Shown here piece by piece: positions 8,823-17,887 of a stretch of 64,000 nt of DNA. The stretch lies in contig OZ242037.1 in NCBI GenBank assembly GCA_965205165.1, forward strand, positions 2,443,455 through 2,507,454, written 5' to 3'. How positions within the stretch are numbered: the first letter of the stretch is position 1; each line of letters starts with the position of its first letter. The notes below the pieces were generated by a model. It was given only the letters and a program-made list of their open reading frames with translations, made no database searches and was not told the DNA's origin. The stretch is from Dehalococcoidia bacterium. Its GTDB lineage: Bacteria; Chloroflexota; Dehalococcoidia; Bin125. A program made the position numbers and the translations under genes.

Positions 8823-10589
8823 GTGCGCCGCGTGATTCGCTTCTTCCGACGATTCAAGTTCCGCGACGCCTACGCGCTCGCGGTGATCCTGATCCTGACC
8901 GGATTCTCGATCGCCGCGACCTGGCCCGGACAGCCCGAGCGCTACTTGCCCAACTGGATCTCCTGGCCCCAGGGCGGCGGCGTCCGCGTCGGCGATTGGG
9001 AGCGCGCCGACTTCCGCCTCGGCCTCGACCTCAACGGCGGCGTCTCGATCACGCTCGAAGCCTCCGGCCAGGCCGCCCGCGTCCGACGTGGCGAATCGCT
9101 CGACGAATTCATCGCCCGCGAAAACTCCGAACTCGACTCCCCCATCTCCGCCGAGGACCTGATCTCCCGCAACCCCGCGCTCGAACAGCTCGCCCCGGAG
9201 GACTACGACCGCCCCCTGCCCGAAGAGATCGAGCAGCTGATCCTCCCCCTCGACGCCGATGCGGACGCGCTCTCCGCCTCCGTCGAGGAGGCCCGCCGCG
9301 TGATCGAGGAGCGCGTCAACGGCTTCGGCGTCTCCGAAGCCGAGGTCACGATCATCGGCGACGCCCGTATCAACGCCCAAATCCCCGGCGTCGACGCCGA
9401 TCAAGCCTCCGAACTCGTCGGCTCCACCGCACTGCTCGAATTCCGCGAACTCGACATCGTCAACGTCTCCGAACCCGGACCCGTCCCGCCCGAAACCGTC
9501 CGCGACGCCATCGACGACGTCTGGGTCGCCGCCGCCCGCGACGACCCCGTCCTGCTCGGCCTGCGCGCCCCCTCCTGGTTCGTCCCCGATCCCTCCGAGG
9601 ACGTGATCGTCGTCGAAAACCAGCGCTGGCTGCCCGCCACCGGCATCAACGAAGCCGGCGACACCGTCCAGCTGACCGGGCGCCACCTGCTGCCCGATTC
9701 GATCACCCGCACCCTCGACCAGGGCGCGGAGCCCGCGCTCGAGTTCGAGCTCGACGACGAGGGCGCGCGCCTGATGGAGCAGATCACCCGCCGCCTGCAG
9801 CCCCAGAACCTCCCGCTCGGCATCTTCGTCGACGGCGAACTCGTCAGCAGCCCCGGCGTGCAGGGCATCATCGTCAACCAGGGCGTCATCAACGGTTTGG
9901 ACGAAGAGGACGCGGTCACCCTGCGCCGCCAGCTCCGCGCCGGCGCGCTCCCCATCAACCTGCGCGTGCTCCAGAACACCGAGGTCGCCGCCACCCTGGG
10001 CGAGGACTCCGTCGTCGAAACCGTGCAGGCCGGCGCCGTCGCCTTCCTCGCCATCGTCGTCTTCATGATCATCTACTACCGCGTCCCGGGCCTGCTCGCC
10101 GCGCTCGCCCTGATCGTCTACGGCGCCGGCGTCCTCGCCACCTTCAAACTCGTCCCGATCACCCTCACCCTCGCCGGCGTCGCCGGCCTCGTCCTCTCGA
10201 TCGGCTTCGCCGTCGACGGCAACGTCCTGATCTTCGAGCGGCTCAAGGAAGAGCTCCGGCTGGGCCGCAGCCTGCAGGGCGCCGTCGACACCGCCTGGGC
10301 CCGCGCCTGGCCGGCCATCCGCGACGCCAACGTCTCCACCCTGATCACCGTCGCCGTGCTCTGGCTCTTCGCCGACGCGCTCAACCAGAACTTGATCAAG
10401 TCCTTCGCCCTCGCCCTGCTGGTCGGCACCGGCTTCAGCTTCGTCACCGTCATGTTCGTCACCCGCACCTTCATGAACCTCGCCGTCAGCAGCGGAATCA
10501 ACCCGGGCGCCCGCTCCTTCGGCGTGCGCCGGCTCTCGGTCGCCGCGACGGGACGCGGCCGGCGCGGCGCCGCGGAGGAGCAGCCGTGA
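8823..10589 (+). CDS. secD: protein translocase subunit SecD
   Basis: GTG start; N-terminal TM, large periplasmic domain, C-terminal 5-6 TM bundle with LSIGFAVDGNVLIFER motif. Confidence 0.9.
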   Translation: MRRVIRFFRRFKFRDAYALAVILILTGFSIAATWPGQPERYLPNWISWPQGGGVRVGDWERADFRLGLDLNGGVSITLEASGQAARVRRGESLDEFIARENSELDSPISAEDLISRNPALEQLAPEDYDRPLPEEIEQLILPLDADADALSASVEEARRVIEERVNGFGVSEAEVTIIGDARINAQIPGVDADQASELVGSTALLEFRELDIVNVSEPGPVPPETVRDAIDDVWVAAARDDPVLLGLRAPSWFVPDPSEDVIVVENQRWLPATGINEAGDTVQLTGRHLLPDSITRTLDQGAEPALEFELDDEGARLMEQITRRLQPQNLPLGIFVDGELVSSPGVQGIIVNQGVINGLDEEDAVTLRRQLRAGALPINLRVLQNTEVAATLGEDSVVETVQAGAVAFLAIVVFMIIYYRVPGLLAALALIVYGAGVLATFKLVPITLTLAGVAGLVLSIGFAVDGNVLIFERLKEELRLGRSLQGAVDTAWARAWPAIRDANVSTLITVAVLWLFADALNQNLIKSFALALLVGTGFSFVTVMFVTRTFMNLAVSSGINPGARSFGVRRLSVAATGRGRRGAAEEQP

Positions 10590-11878
10590 TCGACTTCATC
10601 GGCAAGCGCCGCTTCTACGCCCTGATCTCCTTCGCCCTGCTGATCCCGTCCCTGATCGCCCTCGGCCTCTGGCAGTTCGAGCCCGGCCTCGACTTCGCCG
10701 GCGGCCTCGAAACCGAAGTCCGCTTCGTCCAGGACGTCGGCCAGGACGACATCGAAGCCGCCGTTGAGGGCGCTGAGCTGCCCGAAGGCTCCGAAGTCGT
10801 CGTCTCCGACGAGGGCGAGGGCATCTTCCGAATCGAGGTGATCGCGCCCGAAGCACCGGCCGGGGACGCCGCCGGCGAAGAAGCCGATGACCCGGCGGAG
10901 GAGGATGCCGGCGACGCGGCGGCCGAAGGCGACGAAGCGGCCGAGTCCCCGCCCGATCCGGCGCTCGAGGCTGACGCCGCCCTCGGTTCCGCACTCAACT
11001 CCACGTTCGGGGACGTGGCCGTGACCGACTCCGCGATCGACGGCAACCGCGTCGTGCGCGCCGTCTGGTTCCCCTACGACGCGGTCCAGGACGAGGTGCG
11101 GGCTGCCCTCGAGACCGCCGCGTTCGGCGGCGCGCGCCTGCAGGAAACCGCCGCCGGCGACTTCCGCATCCGCGTCGAAGTCGATGACGACGACGACGTC
11201 GAGCTCATCCGCACCCGGATCAACGACGCCCTGCGGGCCGAGGTCTCCCCGATCGTCGTCCTCCAGTCCTCCTCCGTGAGCGCCGTGCTCTCCGTCGAGA
11301 TCGCCCGCGACGCCGGCATCGCCCTCGCCTGCGCCGCGCTCGCCGTCCTCGTCTACATCTCGCTCGCCTTCCGCCGCCTGCCCAACCCCGTCCTCTACGG
11401 CGGCGCTGCGATCATCGCCCTGGTCCACGACGTCGCCATCGTCGCCGGCGCCTTCGCCATCGCCGGCCGCTTCGGCGGGCTCGAGGTCAACGCCATGTTC
11501 GTGACCGCGCTGCTCGCCATCATCGGCTACAGCGTCAACGACACGATCGTCGTCTTCGACCGCATCCGCGAAAACCTCCTGCTCGACCCGCGCGAGGACT
11601 TCAAGCGCGTCGTCAACGCCGCGATCACCCAGACCCTGGGCCGCTCGCTCAACACCTCGATGACGCTCCTGCTCGCCGTCCTCGCGCTGCTCCTGATCGG
11701 CGGCGTCACCGTCCGCCCCTTCCTGATCGTGCTCCTGATCGGCACCGTCGCCGGCACCTACTCCTCGATTGCCGTGGCCAGCCAGATCGTCGTGCTCTGG
11801 CAGGACGGCAGCCTGCCGCGGCTGCTGCGCCTGGGCCGCACCCGCAGCGAAATCCGCCGCGTCCCCCGCCGCGCCTGA
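10586..11878 (+). CDS. secF: protein translocase subunit SecF (with ~120-aa acidic insertion in periplasmic domain)
   Basis: GTG start overlapping secD stop (GTGA coupling); N-term FIGKRRFYALISFALLIPSLIALG; C-terminal TM bundle with SVNDTIVVFDRIREN; ~430 aa versus ~300 typical. Confidence 0.86.
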   Translation: MIDFIGKRRFYALISFALLIPSLIALGLWQFEPGLDFAGGLETEVRFVQDVGQDDIEAAVEGAELPEGSEVVVSDEGEGIFRIEVIAPEAPAGDAAGEEADDPAEEDAGDAAAEGDEAAESPPDPALEADAALGSALNSTFGDVAVTDSAIDGNRVVRAVWFPYDAVQDEVRAALETAAFGGARLQETAAGDFRIRVEVDDDDDVELIRTRINDALRAEVSPIVVLQSSSVSAVLSVEIARDAGIALACAALAVLVYISLAFRRLPNPVLYGGAAIIALVHDVAIVAGAFAIAGRFGGLEVNAMFVTALLAIIGYSVNDTIVVFDRIRENLLLDPREDFKRVVNAAITQTLGRSLNTSMTLLLAVLALLLIGGVTVRPFLIVLLIGTVAGTYSSIAVASQIVVLWQDGSLPRLLRLGRTRSEIRRVPRRA

Positions 11879-11887
11879 TCCGTCCCC

Positions 11888-13756
11888 TCAGCCGCCGCGC
11901 AGCACCCGGTGGTCGCCCACCCGACGCGTAATCAGCCGCCGATCCATCTCCTCCAGCAGCGCCTGCGCGATCTTCCGGCTCGTGCCCAGCCGGTCCCGCG
12001 CCTCGGCCAGCGTTGCCCGCTCCCGCTCCGCGATCAGCGCACGCACCTCCTCCGTCATCCGCTCGCACACCTCGCTCAGCAGGATCACCCCCCCGCGCAG
12101 CCGGACGATCCGCCCCTGCCCTTCCAAGTACTCGAGCAAGTCCGCATCGAGCGACGGGTCCGCGTCCGTGCGCGCGTCCTGCTCGCGCAGCCGCGCCAGC
12201 AGCGCCTCGACCGCCCGCGCCTGCGCCTCCGTCAGCTCCGCCCTGCGACCGGGCAGGTCCAGCATGCCAGCGCGGGCCGCCAGCAGCCCCCGCTCGATCA
12301 GCCGCGCCTCCAGCGCTCCGAACGGCCGCCCGTCCAGCCCCAGCCGGCTGCGCAGGTCCTCGCGCGGCAGCCCGCCGCCCAGCGGATGCTCCCCGACGTG
12401 CGCCTCCACGATCGCCCGCGCCCGCTCCTGCAGCGCCTCGAACCCCTCCTCGCTGATCAGCACCGCCCCGTCCGACAGCGCCTCCACCCCCAGCAGCACC
12501 GCCGCCCCCGCCTCGATCTGCCGCCGGATCGCCGCTTCCGCCTCTCCCGCCTCCAGTTCGCTCGCCCGCGCCAGCTCCGACCAGGCGACCGGCTCCATCC
12601 GCCCCAGCAGCGTCAGCAGCGCGTCGTCCGCCGAGCCCTCCAGCAGCATCCGCAGCGCCTCCAGCGTCGATTGGTCGTTGCGGTGGTGCCGCCGCGGCTG
12701 CGTGTCCACGATCCGCCCCCCGGCGACCGTCTCGTTGCCGTTGCGCAGCACGAAGCGGTCGCCCCGCGCCACCGCCAGCGGCGCCGCCAGCCGCAGCTGC
12801 GCCCAGCCCTCGTCCCCCGGCTCGACCGCGTCGCCCTCCAACAGCCGCACCCGGGCCGCGATTTCGGCCGAGCCGCAATGCAGCGTCAGCGTCGCGTTGT
12901 GCCGCAGCGGACGCGGCTGCCGCGCCGCCGCCCGCAGCCGCACGTCGATCGCGTCCGCCGGCCGGATCAGACCCGGCGGCGCAAGCACCATCCCCCGCCG
13001 CACGTCCTGCACCGCGATCCCGCCCACGTTGATCGCCGTCCGCGCCCCCGGCTCCGCCGATTCGATCGGCTGCTCGTGCCGCTGGATCCCGCGAATCCGC
13101 CCCCGCAGCCCGCCCGGCTCGATCGCCGCCTGATCCCCGACCTCGAAGCGCCCGTCCACCAGCGTCCCCGTCACGACCGTCCCGAAGCCGCTGATCGTGA
13201 AGGCCCGATCGATCGGCATCCGCGGACGCCCCGCGTCCCGTGCCGACGGCAGCCCGTCGATCGCCTCGTCCAGCAGTCTCCGCAGCTCGTCCAGCCCCGC
13301 GCCCGTGACCGCCGAGCAGCGCGCCATCGGCGCTCCCGCCAGCGCCGTCCCCTCGCACAATTCCCGCACCTCCTCCGCCACCAGATCCAGCCAGTCATCT
13401 TCGGCCAGATCCGACTTGGTCAGCGCGATCACCCCCCGCCCGATCTCCAGCAGGTCGAGGATGTCCAAGTGCTCCCGCGTCTGCGGCATCACCCCCTCGT
13501 CCGCCGCCACCACCAGCAGCGCCACGTCGATCCCCCCGATCCCCGCCAGCATGTTGCGGATGAACCGCTCGTGCCCGGGCACGTCCACGATCGAAACCTC
13601 CCGCCCGCTCGGCAGCTCCGTCCACGCGAATCCGAGGTCGATCGTCAGCCCCCGTGCCTTCTCCTCCTCCCAGCGATCGGGGTCGATCCCGCTCAGCGCG
13701 CGCACCAGCGCGCTCTTCCCATGGTCCACATGCCCGGCCGTCCCGATCACGAACAT
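11888..13756 (-). CDS. selB: selenocysteine-specific translation elongation factor SelB
   Basis: G-domain GTAGHVDHGKS/DVPGHERF/TKSDL, beta-barrel domains (FVLRNGNETVAGGRIVD) and C-terminal tandem winged-helix region (LGTSRKIAQALLEEMDRRLI) characteristic of bacterial SelB; 622 aa. Confidence 0.85.
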   Translation of the reverse strand: MFVIGTAGHVDHGKSALVRALSGIDPDRWEEEKARGLTIDLGFAWTELPSGREVSIVDVPGHERFIRNMLAGIGGIDVALLVVAADEGVMPQTREHLDILDLLEIGRGVIALTKSDLAEDDWLDLVAEEVRELCEGTALAGAPMARCSAVTGAGLDELRRLLDEAIDGLPSARDAGRPRMPIDRAFTISGFGTVVTGTLVDGRFEVGDQAAIEPGGLRGRIRGIQRHEQPIESAEPGARTAINVGGIAVQDVRRGMVLAPPGLIRPADAIDVRLRAAARQPRPLRHNATLTLHCGSAEIAARVRLLEGDAVEPGDEGWAQLRLAAPLAVARGDRFVLRNGNETVAGGRIVDTQPRRHHRNDQSTLEALRMLLEGSADDALLTLLGRMEPVAWSELARASELEAGEAEAAIRRQIEAGAAVLLGVEALSDGAVLISEEGFEALQERARAIVEAHVGEHPLGGGLPREDLRSRLGLDGRPFGALEARLIERGLLAARAGMLDLPGRRAELTEAQARAVEALLARLREQDARTDADPSLDADLLEYLEGQGRIVRLRGGVILLSEVCERMTEEVRALIAERERATLAEARDRLGTSRKIAQALLEEMDRRLITRRVGDHRVLRGG

Positions 13757-13798
13757 GCCGAAAGCCTAAATTGGCGGCAACGGAAACGGAGGTGGGCA

Positions 13799-14788
13799 AT
13801 GCAGGCGATCGTGGTCACGGGCGACGGCAAGTCGGCCGACTCTCTCCAACTCGCGGAAGTTCCCGACCCGGTCCCGGGTGATGAGGAACTGCTGCTGCGC
13901 GTGCATGCGTCCGCGCTCAACCGCGCCGACATCCTCCAGCGCCTCGGCGGCTACCCGCCGTTGCCCGGCGGTTCCCCCATCCTCGGACTCGAACTGGCCG
14001 GCGAAGTGATCGGCCTCGGCGACCGCGTGCGCGGCTTTGAGCTCGGCGACCGCGTCTACGGACTCTCCGGCGGGGGTGGCTACGCCGAGATCGCGACGCT
14101 GCACCAATCCCTGGCCATGCACGTCCCCGAACCCCTCACCTGGCACGAGGCCGCCTCGATCCCCGAGGTCTTCTTCACCGCCAACACCGCCATCCGCTCC
14201 CTCGGCCGCGCCGAGCCCGGCGAACGCGTCCTGATCCACGCCGGCGGCAGCGGCGTCGGCATCGCCGCCATCCAGATCGCCGCCCTGATCGGCGCGGAAG
14301 TCTGGATCACCGCCGGCAGCGACGACAAGTGCGAGCACGCCGAACGGCTCGGCGCAGACGTCGCCATCAACTACCACGAAGACTCCTTCCAGGAAGTCGT
14401 CGAACAGCGCACCGGCGGCGACGGCGTCCACGTCATCCTCGATGTGATCGGCCGCGACTACCTCGATGCGAACCTGCACTCGCTCGCCCACCAGGGCCGC
14501 CTCGTGCTGGTCGGCCTGATGGGCGGCGCGACCGCCGAGGCGAACCTCGGCCTCGTCCTCCGCAAGCGCCTCCAGATCTTCGGCACCGTCATGCGCTCCA
14601 CACCCCTGATCGAGCGCGCCGCCGTCACCCGCGACTACCAGCGCCACCTCGAACCCGCCGTCGTCAACGGCGAACTCAAGCCCATCATCGACTCCGTGTT
14701 CCCCCTGCGCGACGCCGCCGGCGCCCACCGCTACATGGAGGAAAACCGCAACTTCGGTAAGATCGTGCTCGACTGCCTCGAGCTGTAG
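13799..14788 (+). CDS. qor: NADPH:quinone oxidoreductase (zinc-type alcohol dehydrogenase superfamily)
   Basis: MDR-family fold with GGSGVGIAAIQIA Rossmann motif; 329 aa; ATG at 13799 after GGAGGTG. Confidence 0.84.
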   Translation: MQAIVVTGDGKSADSLQLAEVPDPVPGDEELLLRVHASALNRADILQRLGGYPPLPGGSPILGLELAGEVIGLGDRVRGFELGDRVYGLSGGGGYAEIATLHQSLAMHVPEPLTWHEAASIPEVFFTANTAIRSLGRAEPGERVLIHAGGSGVGIAAIQIAALIGAEVWITAGSDDKCEHAERLGADVAINYHEDSFQEVVEQRTGGDGVHVILDVIGRDYLDANLHSLAHQGRLVLVGLMGGATAEANLGLVLRKRLQIFGTVMRSTPLIERAAVTRDYQRHLEPAVVNGELKPIIDSVFPLRDAAGAHRYMEENRNFGKIVLDCLEL

Positions 14789-14793
14789 CACCC

Positions 14794-15969
14794 TCAGGCC
14801 AGCGACGGATCGACGAAGCGCACGAACGCCTCGTTCGCCAGCCCGTGCCCCCGCGCGGTCAGCCGCAGCCGCGTGCCCTCGCGCTCGGCCAAGCCGTTCG
14901 CCTCAGCCCACTCGATCGCCGGCTCCAGCCGCCGCATCTGCGCGGGCCAGCGCTCCCCGCCGACCGCCAGATCGACCCCCTCCGCCAAGCGCAGCCCCAG
15001 CGTCAGGAAATCTACCGCCGCGTCCTCCTCCCCCACCCGCTCGCACTCCTCGATCGCCCCGCTCGGCAGCCCCTCCGGCCCGTCCCCGCCGAACACGCGC
15101 GAGACGTACGCCCGCGGCCGCCGCACCACCGAATAGCGGAAACCGTCGATGAACCCGTGCGCCCCCGGCCCGATCGCCGCGTACTCACCGCAGCGCCAGT
15201 AGTTCAGGTTGTGGCGGCATTCGCGCCCCGGCAGCGCGTAGTTGCTCGTCTCGTAGCGCGCGTAGCCCGCATCGCCCAGCCGCGCCGTCGTCCAATCCGC
15301 CAGCTCCGCCACTCGATCCACATCAGCCTCGCGCACCGCCCCGGATGCCACGCGGGACGCCAAGGGCGTCCCCTCCTCGACCGTCAGCGCGTAGCACGAG
15401 AGATGCTCCGGCCGCCACTCCAGTACCCCGTCGAGCGTCCGCTCCCAAGTCTCCCGCGATTGCCCCGGCAGCCCGTAGATCAAATCCACGCTCAGATTGT
15501 CGAACCCCGCCGCCCGCAGCTCCCCGAACGCCTCCCGCGCCCGCTCCGCGCCATGCACCCGATCCAGCCACTCCAGCTCCGCCCCGTCCAGCGACTGCAC
15601 CCCCATCGAGCCCCGGTTCACACCCGCCGTCCGCCACGCCTCCGCCTGCTCTCGCCCGACGCTCTCCGGATTCGCCTCCAGCGTGATTTCCGCCTCCGCC
15701 GAAACCGCGCAAACGCGCCGCGCCGTTTCCAGCAGCCGCGCGATCGCCGCCGGATCGACCAAGCTCGGCGTGCCGCCGCCGAAGAAGATCGTCGCGATCT
15801 CCCTCCCCGCCAAACGCGGCCCCCAAAGCTCCAGCTCCCGCGCCGCGGCCCGCTCCCAATCCCCTGCCAGATCCTCCATCCCGGCGTACGAATTGAAGTC
15901 GCAGTACGCGCATTTGACCGTGCAGAACGGCACGTGGATGTAGAGCCCGATCCCCGCCGCCGTCCGCAT
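14794..15969 (-). CDS. hemW: radical SAM heme chaperone HemW (coproporphyrinogen III oxidase-like)
   Basis: GLYIHVPFCTVKCAYCDF CxxxCxxC radical-SAM motif at N-terminus; HemW/HemN-like C-terminal domain. Confidence 0.85.
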   Translation of the reverse strand: MRTAAGIGLYIHVPFCTVKCAYCDFNSYAGMEDLAGDWERAAARELELWGPRLAGREIATIFFGGGTPSLVDPAAIARLLETARRVCAVSAEAEITLEANPESVGREQAEAWRTAGVNRGSMGVQSLDGAELEWLDRVHGAERAREAFGELRAAGFDNLSVDLIYGLPGQSRETWERTLDGVLEWRPEHLSCYALTVEEGTPLASRVASGAVREADVDRVAELADWTTARLGDAGYARYETSNYALPGRECRHNLNYWRCGEYAAIGPGAHGFIDGFRYSVVRRPRAYVSRVFGGDGPEGLPSGAIEECERVGEEDAAVDFLTLGLRLAEGVDLAVGGERWPAQMRRLEPAIEWAEANGLAEREGTRLRLTARGHGLANEAFVRFVDPSLA

Positions 15970-16027
15970 GCCGGGAGTTTATGCCCGCCGCGCTGCCCCA
16001 ATCGCCGATCGCGGATACGCTGAGCCC

Positions 16028-17857
16028 GTGCTCAAATCACACGCCTGCGGCGCTCTGCGCGCGGAACATGTCGGCCGCCGCGTCCAACTCGGCGGCTGGG
16101 TCGACCGTCGCCGCGACCACGGTGGCCTGATCTTCCTCGACCTCCGCGACCGCGACGGCGTCGTCCAAGTCGTCGTCCGCCCGGAAGGCGATGCCGATGC
16201 GCACGCCGCCGCCAGCACCGTCCGCGGCGAATACGTCCTCCAAGTCGCCGGCGAAGTCGTCGCCCGCGACCAATCCGCCGTCAACCCCAACCTCGCCACC
16301 GGCGAAATCGAGGTCGTGGCCGACGCGGTCGAAATCCTCAACCCCGCCAAAACTCCCCCGTTCGCCGTCAACGACGATTCCGCCGATGTCGACGAGCGCG
16401 TCCGCATGCAGTACCGCTACATCGACATCCGCCGTCCCGCCATGCTCCGCGCGCTCGAACTGCGCCATCGCCTCAACCAGGCCATCCGCGACTTCATGAC
16501 CTCCCGCGGCTTCCTCGAAGTCGAAACCCCCATGCTCGTCGCCGCCACCCCCGAGGGCGCGCGCGACTACGTCGTGCCCAGCCGCCTGCACCCGGGCTCC
16601 TTCTACGCCTTGCCCCAGGCCCCGCAGCAGTTCAAGCAGCTGCTGATGGTCGCCGGCGTCGAGCGTTACTTCCAAATCGCCCGCTGCTTCCGCGACGAAG
16701 ACCTCCGCGCCGACCGCCAGCCAGAATTCACCCAGCTCGACCTCGAATGGTCGTTCAGCGAAGAAGCAGACATCCTCGCCCTGCTCGAGGACCTCTTCAC
16801 CTCCGTGACCTCCCAACTGCGCCCCGACCTGACTGTCCCGTCCCCGTTCCCGCGCCTCACCTGGGCCGAGGCGATCGAACGCTACGGCTCCGACAAGCCC
16901 GACCTCCGCTACGGCCTCGAACTCGCCGACTGCTCCGACATCGCGCAACGCTCGCAGTTCGGCGTCTTCAGCGGCGCGGTCGCCGATGGCGGCAAGGTCC
17001 GCGGCATCACAATGCCCGGCGGCGCCGCCCTCTCGCGCAAGGAAGTCGACGCCTTCACCGCCCTCGCCCGCACCATGGGCGCACCCGGACTCGTCTCCTT
17101 CCAGTTCGCCGCCGCCCCCATCGACGCCGGCGAGGACGACGTCCGCTCACCCGTCCTGCGCCATGTCGGCATCGACGACGCCCGCGCAATTGGCGAGCGC
17201 TGCGGTGCCGGCGCGGGCGACCTCGTGCTGCTCGCCGCCGGCGAACCGGGCATGGTCTCCACCGTGCTCGACGGCATCCGCCGCGAGATCGCCGCCCGCC
17301 TGAACCTCGCCGATTCAAGCGTCCTCCAGTACGCCTTCATCACCGACTTCCCCCTCCTCGAATGGGACGAAGAAGAGAACCGCTGGGACTCCCTCCACCA
17401 CCCCTTCACCTCGCCCCGGGCCGACGACATGGCGCTGCTCGCCGACCAGCCCGGCAAGGTCCTGGCGCGCGCCTACGACACGATCGCCAACGGCTACGAG
17501 CTCGGCTCCGGCTCCATCCGCATCCACGACCGCGCCGTCCAAGAGCAGGTCTTCGCCTTGCTCGGCATCGGCCCCGAAGAGGCCCGCGCCCGCTTCGGCC
17601 ACATGCTCGAAGCCTTCGAGTACGGTGCTCCCCCCCACGGCGGTTTCGCCTTCGGAATGGACCGCGTCGCCATGCTGCTCGCCGGCGTCGCCAACATCCG
17701 CGAAGTGATCGCCTTCCCCAAGACCATGTCCGCATCCGACCCCATGATGGGCGCGCCGATGCCGATCGAACCCGCCCAACTCGACGAACTCTCGCTCGAA
17801 ATCCGCCGCCCCGAATCGGCCGAAGCCGGTGCTACAGTCCCATCGAGCGAGACATAA
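16028..17857 (+). CDS. aspS: aspartate--tRNA ligase
   Basis: OB-fold N-term, class II motifs (FRDEDLRADRQPEFTQLDLE; GGFAFGMDRVAMLL); start placed at GTG 16028 because ATG 15968 would overlap the divergent hemW start codon. Confidence 0.9.
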   Translation: MLKSHACGALRAEHVGRRVQLGGWVDRRRDHGGLIFLDLRDRDGVVQVVVRPEGDADAHAAASTVRGEYVLQVAGEVVARDQSAVNPNLATGEIEVVADAVEILNPAKTPPFAVNDDSADVDERVRMQYRYIDIRRPAMLRALELRHRLNQAIRDFMTSRGFLEVETPMLVAATPEGARDYVVPSRLHPGSFYALPQAPQQFKQLLMVAGVERYFQIARCFRDEDLRADRQPEFTQLDLEWSFSEEADILALLEDLFTSVTSQLRPDLTVPSPFPRLTWAEAIERYGSDKPDLRYGLELADCSDIAQRSQFGVFSGAVADGGKVRGITMPGGAALSRKEVDAFTALARTMGAPGLVSFQFAAAPIDAGEDDVRSPVLRHVGIDDARAIGERCGAGAGDLVLLAAGEPGMVSTVLDGIRREIAARLNLADSSVLQYAFITDFPLLEWDEEENRWDSLHHPFTSPRADDMALLADQPGKVLARAYDTIANGYELGSGSIRIHDRAVQEQVFALLGIGPEEARARFGHMLEAFEYGAPPHGGFAFGMDRVAMLLAGVANIREVIAFPKTMSASDPMMGAPMPIEPAQLDELSLEIRRPESAEAGATVPSSET

Positions 17858-17887
17858 CGACCCGTCACCCAACGGCTGGAGGCAACG

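Noticed and set aside
15968-16027. ATG at 15968 as the aspS start
   Set aside because: It overlaps the divergent hemW start codon (15967-15969) by 2 nt, which is incompatible with two promoters. The in-frame GTG at 16028 gives a normal AspS N-terminus (VLKSHACGALR...).
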